Shown here one piece after another: positions 25,789 through 37,797 of a DNA stretch of 64,000 nt. Where the stretch lies: assembly GCA_002269645.1 (NCBI GenBank), contig NIVC01003988.1:2200-66199 (forward strand), given 5' to 3'. The DNA is from Macrostomum lignano. Taxonomy: Eukaryota. The position numbers and the translations under genes were made by a program. The notes beneath the pieces were generated by a model. The model was not told where the DNA came from and did no database searches. It saw only the letters and a list, made by a program, of their open reading frames with translations. The stretch's first letter is position 1. Every line of letters starts with the position of its first letter.

Positions 25789-26388
25789 GCTATCCGTGCA
25801 GGCAGTCAGTCTATTTGTGAATTTTCTGGTGGATCTGAAGAAAACCCGTCCGGCACAGGATTAAAGAGAAAGAGACGATCTGTTTTGGGTGAGTATTATC
25901 TGCTGTAGAAGTATTGTACACCAGAGTACTTGTGTTACTTGGTAGAGCACAATTCAAAAGCAATGCAACAATCTCAGTGGCATTGTTGGACACAAGCTAC
26001 AAACGCAATGAATAGTAAACACAGCCCAGCCTAGCTCAAGGCTAGTAATTTGTTGGGCATTTATTGGGACATTGCAGCCAGGCCTATTTTTTGAACAGCA
26101 TTTGTTGGGTCGCACTTATTGGGACAATACTGATTCTAATCGCGACTACTTCTGAGTTCTGACTTTTCAAAACAGACCCAGCATTAGTTGAACACGTTCT
26201 ATTAAAGGGTTCCTTTATAGCCTATTAATGATTACTAAAGCAAGCCTATCTTAATTGATTTCTTTTCCTCGCAGATTCTGAAGTCAGCCACGCCAGCGAC
26301 ATGCCTAAGAGACAAGAATGCGCTTTAACGATCAGCAGCGAGCATTCTGATCTCGCCGCTGCATCCGTCATTTGGTTCACTTGCTGCT

Positions 26389-26430
<42 letters not shown>

Positions 26431-27037
26431 GCTATCCGTGCAGGCAGTCAGTCTATTTGTGAATTTTCTGGTGGATCTGAAGAAAACCCGTCCGGCACAG
26501 GATTAAAGAGAAAGAGACGATCTGTTTTGGGTGAGTATTATCTGCTGTAGAAGTATTGTACACCAGAGTACTTGTGTTACTTGGTAGAGCACAATTCAAA
26601 AGCAATGCAACAATCTCAGTGGCATTGTTGGGACACAAGCTACAAACGCAATGAATAGTAAACACAGCCCAGCCTAGCTCAAGGCTAGTAATTTGTTGGG
26701 CATTTATTGGGACATTGCAGCCAGGCCTATTTTTTGAACAGCATTTGTTGGGTCGCACTTATTGGGACAATACTGATTCTAATCGCGACTACTTCTGAGT
26801 TCTGACTTTTCAAAACAGACCCAGCATTAGTTGAACACGTTCTATTAAAGGGTTCCTTTATAGCCTATTAATGATTACTAAAGCAAGCCTATCTTAATTG
26901 ATTTCTTTTCCTCGCAGATTCTGAAGTCAGCACGCCAGCGACATGCCTAAGAGACAAGAATGCGCTTTAACGATCAGCAGCGAGCATTCTGATCTCGCCG
27001 CTGCATCCGTCATTTGGTTCACTTGCTGCTCAGCAGC

Positions 27038-27070
<33 letters not shown>

Positions 27071-27673
27071 GCTATCCGTGCAGGCAGTCAGTCTATTTGT
27101 GAATTTTCTGGTGGATCTGAAGAAAACCCGTCCGGCACAGGATTAAAGAGAAAGAGACGATCTGTTTTGGGTGAGTATTATCTGCTGTAGAAGTATTGTA
27201 CACCAGAGTACTTGTGTTACTTGGTAGAGCACAATTCAAAAGCAATGCAACAATCTCAGTGGCATTGTTGGGACACAAGCTACAAACGCAATGAATAGTA
27301 AACACAGCCCAGCCTAGCTCAAGGCTAGTAATTTGTTGGGCATTTATTGGGACATTGCAGCCAGGCCTATTTTTTGAACAGCATTTGTTGGGTCGCACTT
27401 ATTGGGACAATACTGATTCTAATCGCGACTACTTCTGAGTTCTGACTTTTCAAAACAGACCCAGCATTAGTTGAACACGTTCTATTAAAGGGTTCCTTTA
27501 TAGCCTATTAATGATTACTAAAGCAAGCCTATCTTAATTGATTTCTTTTCCTCGCAGATTCTGAAGTCAGCACGCCAGCGACATGCCTAAGAGACAAGAA
27601 TGCGCTTTAACGATCAGCAGCGAGCATTCTGATCTCGCCGCTGCATCCGTCATTTGGTTCACTTGCTGCTCAC

Positions 27674-27711
<38 letters not shown>

Positions 27712-28318
27712 GCTATCCGTGCAGGCAGTCAGTCTATTTGTGAATTTTCTGGTGGATCTGAAGAAAACCCGTCCGGCACAGGATTAAAGAGAAAGAGACG
27801 ATCTGTTTTGGGTGAGTATTATCTGCTGTAGAAGTATTGTACACCAGAGTACTTGTGTTACTGGTAGAGCACAATTCAAAAGCAATGCAACAATCTCAGT
27901 GGCATTGTTGGGACACAAGCTACAAACGCATGAATAGTAAACACAGCCCAGCCTAGCTCAAGGCTAGTAATTTGTTGGGCATTTATTGGGACATTGCAGC
28001 CAGGCCTATTTTTTGAACAGCATTTGTTGGGTCGCACTTATTGGGACAATACTGATTCTAATCGCGACTACTTCTGAGTTCTGACTTTTCAAAACAGACC
28101 CAGCATTAGTTGAACACGTTCTATTAAAGGGTTCCTTTATAGCCTATTAATGATTACTAAAGCAAGCCTATCTTAATTGATTTCTTTTCCTCGCAGATTC
28201 TGAAGTCAGCCACGCCAGCGACATGCCTAAGAGACAAGAATGCGCTTTAACGATCAGCAGCGAGCATTCTGATCTCGCCGCTGCATCCGTCATTTGGTTC
28301 ACTTGCTGCTCACAAGCC

Positions 28319-28354
<36 letters not shown>

Positions 28355-28953
28355 GCTATCCGTGCAGGCAGTCAGTCTATTTGTGAATTTTCTGGTGGAT
28401 CTGAAGAAAACCCGTCCGGCACAGGATTAAAGAGAAAGAGACGATCTGTTTTGGGTGAGTATTATCTGCTGTAGAAGTATTGTACACCAGAGTACTTGTG
28501 TTACTGGGTAGAGCACAATTCAAAAGCAATGCAACAATCTCAGTGGCATTGTTGGGACACAAGCTACAAACGCAATGAATAGTAAACACAGCCCAGCCTA
28601 GCTCAAGGCTAGTAATTTGTTGGGCATTTATTGGGACATTGCAGCCAGGCCTATTTTTTGAACAGCATTTGTTGGGTCGCACTTATTGGGACAATACTGA
28701 TTCTAATCGCGACTACTTCTGAGTTCTGACTTTTCAAAACAGACCCAGCATTAGTTGAACACGTTCTATTAAAGGGTTCCTTTATAGCCTATTAATGATT
28801 ACTAAAGCAAGCCTATCTTAATTGATTTCTTTTCCTCGCAGATTCTGAAGTCAGCACGCCAGCGACATGCCTAAGAGACAAGAATGCGCTTTAACGATCA
28901 GCAGCGAGCATTCTGATCTCGCCGCTGCATCCGTCATTTGTTCACTTGCTGCT

Positions 28954-28994
<41 letters not shown>

Positions 28995-29016
28995 GCTATC
29001 CGTGCAGCAGTCAGTT
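17270..29016 (+). repeat. ~650-bp macrosatellite: 18 full units plus a partial, each an exon-like segment with variable (CAG)n plus an intron-like segment
   Basis: Near-identical units with a period of about 640-668 bp that tracks the CAG count. Each unit has TTGATTTCTTTTCCTCGCAG|ATTCTG... and ...TTTTGG|GTGAGT. The array is cut by the N gap. Confidence 0.97.
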
Positions 29017-29613
29017 NNNNNNNNNNNNNNNNNNNNNNNNNNNNNNNNNNNNNNNNNNNNNNNNNNNNNNNNNNNNNNNNNNNNNNNNNNNNNNNNNNNN
29101 NNNNNNNNNNNNNNNNNNNNNNNNNNNNNNNNNNNNNNNNNNNNNNNNNNNNNNNNNNNNNNNNNNNNNNNNNNNNNNNNNNNNNNNNNNNNNNNNNNNN
29201 NNNNNNNNNNNNNNNNNNNNNNNNNNNNNNNNNNNNNNNNNNNNNNNNNNNNNNNNNNNNNNNNNNNNNNNNNNNNNNNNNNNNNNNNNNNNNNNNNNNN
29301 NNNNNNNNNNNNNNNNNNNNNNNNNNNNNNNNNNNNNNNNNNNNNNNNNNNNNNNNNNNNNNNNNNNNNNNNNNNNNNNNNNNNNNNNNNNNNNNNNNNN
29401 NNNNNNNNNNNNNNNNNNNNNNNNNNNNNNNNNNNNNNNNNNNNNNNNNNNNNNNNNNNNNNNNNNNNNNNNNNNNNNNNNNNNNNNNNNNNNNNNNNNN
29501 NNNNNNNNNNNNNNNNNNNNNNNNNNNNNNNNNNNNNNNNNNNNNNNNNNNNNNNNNNNNNNNNNNNNNNNNNNNNNNNNNNNNNNNNNNNNNGTCCGGA
29601 AACATGCAGAATT
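29017..29613. other. Assembly gap (N run)
   Basis: Run of N; the true array length is unknown. Confidence 0.99.
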
Positions 29614-30774
29614 CACTTCCGTTCTTCAAACGGTTTCTTTCTAAAAAAATTGCGCTTATCATAACCTTCCTTCTATAGAAAGAGCCGTTCAGGGACTGGT
29701 ACAATTTGAAGAACATCGGTAAGTTGAGATAAACCAGATAAACTTTAAACTGTGTGCAAAAATTTCAACGATTTGAACCTACAGGAAATTTCAACGGGTT
29801 AGCGAGATACGGAAGGACATTAAAAATACTTGGAAACAGCTGAACATAACAAAATTGCGTGGCAAACCCCGTATTTCTTTCCCAGACTTATAGCTTGACA
29901 TCCCGTTTTATTGCTTTGGCGGAGGAAAATACTAGACTTTGAGGGACCAGTCAGAGAGCCACCTGCTTTCTTTACAGTAAATTCGTAATGGTTAAAGATT
30001 GAGGCCGGTTCTTGTTATCTCTAGCCTCAAGGACGTGCCTGTTCTAATATTAGAAGTTGCTCGAATATTACTCTGCATCTAATTTTATAGCTGGTCACGT
30101 GACGGGCCAAGCTCGCGCACCCCAGATCACGTGATTTCCTCTCCCGTCGCGGATAATAGCTGTATTTAGCTTAGCTTATTACCCCAAAACGCAACTTGGC
30201 CAAACTTCCTTCAATCGTGTCTGAGCTACCTATTTTTAGGAGTTCTGAGGTCGAAAATATTTTCCTAGGCAGAGCTAATAAAAACCTGTTGCAAATGCGA
30301 AGATCTTAGACAGAGATTCCAGACTGTTTACGAAGCCAATTGTAGTCAGCTGTGCTACTCCGAGTTGTAAACAGACTTCCACTTACCGCAAGCGCTACTC
30401 TAAAAAAAATGAGAAGAAAAAGCAATGAATAGACAACACATGGAGAGGGCAGCTCAGGTCAAAATGTGCTGTCTCGGGGCCACAATGGGGCCACAAGCTG
30501 AATTTAGACGAAAAATGTGGAAAGACGCAAAAGAAAGCGGAGGGGGGGGTATAAATTTGGCGAGAGACTGGCTGGCTTTTTCACTCACAAAAGCTGCGAG
30601 TAATGCCTAAAGAATTTCTGCCGGCTTTTGCCGGTCTTCGAGCTGCGTGAGCTCTGCGAGTCACACTCAATTTGAGCTGCAGACTCAACTCGTATTTTCA
30701 ATGAACAAGAAAACAAATTTTTACTGCTCCCACGCATTCGGATCTTTTGCTGGTTTTGGTATTTAAATTTGTCA

Positions 30775-31195
30775 TTCTAGCCTGCATTTCTGTCACACTC
30801 TCGCCTGCATTTCTGTCACACTCTCGCCTGCATTTCTGTCACACTCTCGCCTGCATCTCTGTCACACTCTCGCCTGCATTTCTGTCACACTCTCGCCTGC
30901 ATCTCTGTCACACTCTCGCCTGCATTTCTGTCACACTCTCGCATCACTCTCGCCTGCATTTCTGTCACACTCTCGCCTGCATTTCTGTCACACTCTCGCC
31001 TGCATTTCTGTCACACTCTCGCCTGCATTTCTGTCACACTCTCGTCACACTGCCTGCATTTCTGTCACACTCTCGCCTGCATTTCTGTCACACTCTCGTC
31101 ATTTCTGTCACACTCTCGCCTGCATGTCACACTCTCGCCTCTGTCAGCATTTCTGTCACACTCTCGCATTTCTGTCGCCTGCGTTCTGTCACACA
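30775..31195. repeat. 23-bp minisatellite (CCTGCATTTCTGTCACACTCTCG)n
   Basis: About 17 units, degenerating rightwards. Confidence 0.93.
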
Positions 31196-31875
31196 TTTCA
31201 ATTTTAGACTTGCTCACAACTCTTCCATTATTGCAATCGTCTGTCACTACTGTCAGTTTCAAGTAAGCTGTCTTAAAAAAGTGAAGTTTTAAAAGATTTG
31301 TTTAGCAAGCATCGCAGCTGCAGCAGAGTTGCAGGCACGGCGAGAGCCCAGTAATACAAGCTATTTTAGTTTAATCACGTGTTTTAGTGCGATTACCAGA
31401 GAGTATCGAGGTGAAGCCGAACTGGTGCATTTTGCTGAAGAATTCCAGCCTTTCAGCTGCACGGCAATAGAATGCAGTAGTAGCGCTGGTCACTTTGATA
31501 CTATAGCCTAGTAACAGAAAACCATCGGAATGCTTAATGCACTCACGAATAGATAGTTGCATTTTGGGGGCACATGACCTCGTAGGGTTCTCTAAGGCTC
31601 TCGCATACTCTCACTGACTGTGAAAGTTGCATGTAGGCAAAGACACAAAATTCTTGAGGTCTAAAATATCCAATAATACGCGTTCAAACTACTGAACTCA
31701 GCGGCCACACTGCTTCAGTTGCAAAGTGCCAAACAGATTCTTAAGTCTATGGTACGAATCGCGTGCATTAAATTAGCCAGACACGTGCAAGGTGGCTGCT
31801 GACACAGAGATTGTGCACTTCGCAAGTGCATTTTGTTCAGCAAAAACACGCGGAAGTCTCGTCAAAGCATCAGCC

Positions 31876-34800
31876 ATGCGTCCTGCATACGGCAGCAGCC
31901 GAGGCTGGGCAGCAGCGGATGACTCGGCTTCTTCGGCGACGGGCGGCCGCCAGCGAGTCCGGGTCACCGCTGCCAGTCGGCGGGCCGACAGCCCCGCGCC
32001 CGCCGCCGTCCCTGGCATCATCTTCGGCCGGCTGAACCTGGCCAAGGCTTTCCGGCCGCAGGCGGCCCAGCTGCAGCAGCGGCCGGGGACAGTGTCGGGG
32101 ACAGTTGCAGGTCGACGGCCGAGCGCTGCACCGAGCGGCGACATCAGCGGCGGCTGCCCATTCAAAGAGCGGGCGGCAGCGACCCACAGCCGACCGACTC
32201 CGATGCCTGAAACGCCGCAACCTTCTTCAGCCCCACCGCCGCCTCGGCCGCAGGGCCCGCCAGCGACTGCCTGCGTTGTGCAGCTGGAGACGCCGCTGAC
32301 TTCCGTCAGCCCGCCCAGTTCGGCGCAGAAGCGGCGCCCGCCCGCAGCCACGCGCAGCTGCGCCGCTGGCCGCGCCTTCCCGTTTGCAGGGCAGCCGCCC
32401 CGCCGGAGATTCGCTGCTGCCCGGGCGGAGACGCTGCCGACGGTGCCACCGGCGCCACCCTGGGCAGCCGAGAGAGCGCTGGCAGCCGACCGTTCCGCTT
32501 CTTCCGCAGCTTCCTCAAGCGGGTCGGCCGCCGCTCCCGGTCTCGGGGCCGCTGCGCCGGCGACAGCAAGCGAGGCCGCAGCCGCAGCCTGCCGCCAACC
32601 CCGGCGTCGTCGAGGCCGATGCTGCGGTCGCAAACTCCGACACCGCCGCCGACACCGCCGATGCCGACGCCGGCGACCTCTGCAATGTCGATGGATGGAG
32701 ACTCCCCGTCTGCTGAGTCCTCCGCCGGTGAAGCCGAGGAGGAGGAGGCGGCGGAGCAGCGGCAACCCCGGCCAGGTCAGCAGAGGCAGTCGGAGGTCGT
32801 GGTGGCGACTTTCAGCGGCTGGTTCAGGCAGGCCACGCCATCGGAGCCGAACCGGCTGGCGTTCTTGGCCAGCCTGCTTGACTCTCAGGACGCCTCTTCG
32901 GCGACCTCGTCAGTCTCCGCCGCCGCGCCACCCCAGCTGCCATCTCCGCCGCCGCAGCACCCGCGCCAAACCCCACCCATCTCGGCCAATCCAAGGCGGA
33001 CCGCAGCTGAGCAGCCGAACCAAAAAAGACTCCCTGCTGCCCCGCCGATGCCGGCGCCGCAGCCGCCGCCTCCTCGGCCTGCGGGTTCAAAGCCAAAGCG
33101 CTGCCCGCCGAAGCAGCAGCCACAGCAGCAGCGGCAGAAGCGCTCGCAGCGGCAACCAGTCGCTCCCAGGACGCAGCCACCGCCCAGCCGAGCAACGCGC
33201 CTCGCAACCGAGCGAAGGCCGCAGACGCTGGCGGTGGGGGCGGCCGCTCCGCAGCGTCGGTGGGTTCTGCCGCCGGAACCTGCGGCCCCCAAGCCGGCCC
33301 GCGGCCCGCAGCAGAAGCCGGTCTCCAGAGCGGAGGCGAGGCGCCGAAAGCAGCTGGCCGAGCTGCTGCAGCTCGAGGAGGCGGTCAGGAACATGATCGT
33401 TGATGGCCCGGACGATCAGCTGGCGTCCGAGTCTCAGCTACTGTTCGATGACGACAGTGATTCCCTGACGACGCTTGATGACAACCTGCGGCCAGACTGC
33501 AAAGACCTGCAATCAGACGAGGGAGATGACGACGGCTCCATTGTGTCGTTTCCGGCTTTCACTGAGCTGCCTGTGCGGCCACCTCCGCCGCTGAAGACTG
33601 TCGCAGCTGCGGTCTCACCGCTGGCAGCGCGGCTGCCCCAAATAGCAGCTCCACCTCCGCCTCCGCCTCCGCCCCCTCCTCCACCCCCGCTTCCGTATCT
33701 TCCCCCGCCTCCGCCCCCATCTCCGCCCCCGCCTCCGCCCCTATCTTCGCCCCCGCCTCCGCCTCCTCCTCCGCCCCCTCCTCTGCCTCCGCCTACGCAT
33801 CAGCCTCTCCAGAATTCCCCAGGCATGACGTCACTTTCCGTAGCAGTAGCGGGCAGCGACTCAAACAGCTTCAGCAGCGACTCATCCTGCGACACTGAAA
33901 GCAGCAGAAGCTGCAAAAGCAGCAAAAGTAGCAGAAGCAACAGAACCAATAGAAGCAGCAGCAGCAGCGACAAAACCAGCTGCGCAAGTCACAGAGAAGA
34001 CGAAGCGCCCAGCACTCCAACCGAGCGACCCGAAGCCATCCGCTTGACCGTCTCGTGGAGCATGGCAGTCGAGATGTCTTCATCTGATGATGAGTCAGGC
34101 ACCACCGGCGCAAATACAGAGGAGCTCTCAGAAGCCCAGCCTCAGCCGCCAGCTCCGCCGTCCACAGCGCCGGCAGCGGCGCCAGAAGCTCCTGTGCCAG
34201 AAGTCCAGCAGCTGCCACGCGAACCCGCGGCCGCAGCTGCAGCGGAGCTCCTGGCCCGGCTGCGCAGCCTGAAGGCGCCGGCCGGCATGGAGGCGATGCT
34301 GAGGGCCGAGCTGGACGCACTGGCTCGCTGCGTCGGCTGCCGCTTGTCGCCGTCGAGATCATCAACGCCTGACGATGCTTCAACGCTGAGCAGCGACAGA
34401 GGCGACTCCGACAGCAAGCAGCTGGAGGACGCGTGGAGCGCCGGCGAACTGTCCGACGAGCCCTGCTGCCCGTGGCACCTGCGCCAGATGATGGAGCTGT
34501 ACCGCCACACTGAGGACAGGCGGCGAGGCATTCAGGCCTATCACCAGAGCCTGCGACAGCTGGTCGACCTTCGGCCATCGCTGGAAAGCATACCGGAGCT
34601 GCCAAATGAAGAGGAGGCTGCGGAGGCGGCGACTGTCTGGGAAGAGTCAGGAGACGAGCAGCGCAGCAGCGACGCAACAGACGCCGACAGCGGGCCCGGG
34701 ACTGCATCGTCATCGACTCGGCAGCTCCTAACAAGCCGCCTCGGCGAGGAGATTCGCCAGCTGCAGCAGCGACTGGCGCAGGCGTCCGTGACTTCGCAAT

Positions 34801-34943
34801 CGGGATTTTCTTCCTCAGCTTCGTCGGCCTCGTCCGGTTCGTCCCGGCGAAGACTAGACCTTCTTGACAGCGGCGGCAGCAGCTTCGGTCTGACTTCGGA
34901 CGATGCGACCAGCAGCGGCAGCGATCGAACCACGGACTTTTGA
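31876..34943 (+). CDS. Large Pro/Ser/Ala-rich low-complexity protein of unknown function (apparent frameshift near 32590-32700)
   Basis: 3 kb GC-rich island with overlapping long ORFs 31792-33396 and 32619-34943. Contains a polyproline tract (33650-33795), Ser-rich and acidic tracts, and short helical segments (RRRKQLAELLQLEEAVRNM). No recognisable domain. Confidence 0.6.
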
Positions 34944-35054
34944 GCGCAGTCTGTTTTCATTGAAGACATTCCCTGGATGTAGAGCTTGACTTAATAAAGG
35001 TCCGCCAACCCTATTTCTTTACCCTTGACTGGGTTCCCCCGGTTTTTCTATCCC

Positions 35055-35240
35055 ATGATAGCCTCTGATTGGCTTCCAAGTTTTTCTACCCCTGGCTAGC
35101 CTCTGATTGGCTCCCAAGTTTTTCTACCCCTGGCTAGACTCTGATTGGCTCCCAAGTTTTTCTACCCCTGGCTAGACTCTGATTGGCTCCCAAGTTTTTC
35201 TACCCCTGGCTAGCCTCTGATTGGCTCCCTGGTTTTCTAG
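35055..35240. repeat. 38-bp minisatellite (CTCTGATTGGCTCCCAAGTTTTTCTACCCCTGGCTAGM)n
   Basis: About 5 units. Confidence 0.9.
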
Positions 35241-35601
35241 CCCTCTCTAGTTTCGGTCAGACGCACAAATATGGCAGCAATAAAAATATTTGGCTCAATA
35301 GTATCAACCCAAATTCTTGGCGAAATTGCACATCTTGAATCCAATGAATGTCAGGACTTTATGCATCAATTTAATTATAGTCGAAAAAGAGGTTTAAATG
35401 TGTAAAATAAGTGAAACAGTCGAATACGAAAAATTCTGTCGATTCTACGACCGTATTTTCCTCTGAGTTTTTATACCATAATTAGCTGGCTCAAAAATCA
35501 TAATGCCGACAGATGTTATTTTAATAAGTTTTCTTTGCTTACCGTACTACTGAAAGTAGTATGGTGAAAAATATTTAAATCCGAAGCAATTGAAAGTGAG
35601 A

Positions 35602-36000
<399 letters not shown>

Positions 36001-36177
36001 ATAGACAAGGTAGGCTTCTCTTACACTACTTGCGTATATACTACTAATGAGAGCTTTTTCCATAGAGCAGTCTATTCTCGGCAACACCAAACCGGGATGC
36101 AAACAGCATGCTGAGATCGAAGCGAAGTCTTCATGAACTTTTATTTACAATAAATTATCAATTGACGCGGAGGAGGC

Positions 36178-37371
36178 ATGGCCGGTCCAGGCACTCTCTC
36201 GTGGAGGCTGGCTGGCATGATGAGGAACTTCTATTGGTACTGCATGAGCATGTGGTTCGGCGGCAGCAGTGGTGGCAGCCGCCGCAGTCCTTCAGGCCGG
36301 CGGCGTCGCCAGCCGCATTCGATTTGCGACGTGACGATCCGCTCCATCGGCGGCTACGAGGTGATCAGCTTCCGGGACCAGCCGCCGGCGCCGCTCCTCA
36401 CCAGCGGCGCAAACTCGGCGGCTGCCCGGACTCGGCGGAGGCGCCGGACAGTCGAGGACGCGCGGCCGACGGCTAGTTTCCGGCTGTTGAACCGGCTGTC
36501 TAAGGAGTTCCTGGAGTGCTCGGATGGCCGGTTGCGCGCTGGCCGCTTGGGTGTTGGGCGAGAGGGCCGCCGACAGCAGAACAAAGACCGCCGGCTCACT
36601 GCGGACCCAAAACCAAGCGGAGAGGCCGGCAGGCAGAATAAAGACAAGGGCAGTTTGGACAAAGACAAGGGCAGGCTGGACAAAGACAAGGGCAGGCTGG
36701 ACAAAGACAAGGGCAGGCTGGACAAAGACAAGGGCAGGCTGGACAAAGACAAGGGCAGGCTGGACAAAGACAAGGGCAGGCTGGACAAAGACAAGGGCAG
36801 GCTGGACAAAGACAAGGGCAGGCTGGAAAAAGACAATGGCTGGCTGGACAAAGACAAGGGCAGGCTGAACAAAGACAACGGCAGGCTGAACAAAGACAAC
36901 GGCTGGCTGGACAAAGACAAGGGCAGGCTGGACAAAGACAACGGCTGGCTGGACAAAGACAATGGCTGGCTGGACAAAGACAAGGGCAGGCTGGACAAAG
37001 ACTCAGTCTCCACATCAGACTCGGGCTCGGAGTCGGACAGCAGAGGAGAGGAACAAAGAGTCAAAGCCGGAAGCAATCGAAGCAGAAAAAGCAACAACAG
37101 AAGCAGAGAAGGCGGCAGAAACAGAGACAACGGGAATGAGACGGAAGACAGCGGCGGCCTGAGCTCAGTGAGGATGCAGCGCAGCAGAAGCGAGAGGCTG
37201 GACAGCAGCGGAGGGCCGGCGCGGTGCCAGCAGGAGCTCAAAGACTCGGTGAAGAGTGTCGGCCGGCAGCTCAGGATGGTCCGCCAGGAGGAGTGGATGC
37301 TGCAGCGGTCGGCAAAATCAGCCAAGAAGAGGGCGGCGTTCCAGAAGCAGCAGCAGCAGCAGAGAGCATAG
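36178..37371 (+). CDS. 397-aa orphan protein with about 16 tandem LDKDKGR-type heptads
   Basis: Uninterrupted GC-rich ORF. The 21-bp repeat at about 36640-37000 stays in frame, with non-repetitive coding-like flanks and no splice sites bracketing the repeat. Confidence 0.62.
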   Translation: MAGPGTLSWRLAGMMRNFYWYCMSMWFGGSSGGSRRSPSGRRRRQPHSICDVTIRSIGGYEVISFRDQPPAPLLTSGANSAAARTRRRRRTVEDARPTASFRLLNRLSKEFLECSDGRLRAGRLGVGREGRRQQNKDRRLTADPKPSGEAGRQNKDKGSLDKDKGRLDKDKGRLDKDKGRLDKDKGRLDKDKGRLDKDKGRLDKDKGRLDKDKGRLEKDNGWLDKDKGRLNKDNGRLNKDNGWLDKDKGRLDKDNGWLDKDNGWLDKDKGRLDKDSVSTSDSGSESDSRGEEQRVKAGSNRSRKSNNRSREGGRNRDNGNETEDSGGLSSVRMQRSRSERLDSSGGPARCQQELKDSVKSVGRQLRMVRQEEWMLQRSAKSAKKRAAFQKQQQQQRA

Positions 37372-37797
37372 TTCCTGCCGAGCTCCGATACTGAAGCATC
37401 ATTTTTTATTTTATTCGAAGTTTCTTGACTTGACTCGGCTGAACTAAAATATGTACAACCATTGCGCTAGGCAGATGGTAATGCCGCTTTTTTTCCAACA
37501 GTAGCACATCAAGACTTTGTTGGGAATTTTGGTTTTATTTCTTTTGTGGAAAATTTAGTGGGGAGAAAAGTCAGTTTTGCTAGTGGATTTATTGTTGACT
37601 TAGAAAGCAAGGTAGAGCTGTAGCTCGCAAAGTGGAGAAACTTACAAAAGAAAGATTAACACAATTATGAGCTAAATTTGGTTGCCTAGTTGCTAAGCAA
37701 GAGAGATTATCAGTGAGTGCTGCATTTATGGTTTTTTAATGAAAATTCTGAAAGACAGTGCTTTATAGAGTTTCTGAAGCTTGAAGACAAACAAAGT

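Noticed and set aside
17366-28682. Repeated 101-aa minus-strand ORF (MRPNKCCSKN...)
   Set aside because: It starts at a non-ATG codon, has no recognisable domain and lies antisense to the clear plus-strand splice signals; it is most simply a by-product of the repeat.
17270-29016. CRISPR-like or rDNA/5S/histone/SL-RNA/snRNA array
   Set aside because: Units are identical apart from the CAG length (no unique spacers), the context is eukaryotic, and I see no rRNA, 5S, histone, U snRNA or recognisable SL sequence. GAATTTTCTGG is only weakly Sm-site-like.
28867-29716. Long ORFs across the N run
   Set aside because: Artefacts of translating the assembly gap.
33650-33795. Formin or WASP-family assignment for the polyproline protein
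   Set aside because: No FH2, WH2 or VCA domain is visible; polyproline alone is not diagnostic.
36354-37325. 323-aa antisense ORF (LSLSSLP repeats)
   Set aside because: Mirror frame of the plus-strand coding repeat.
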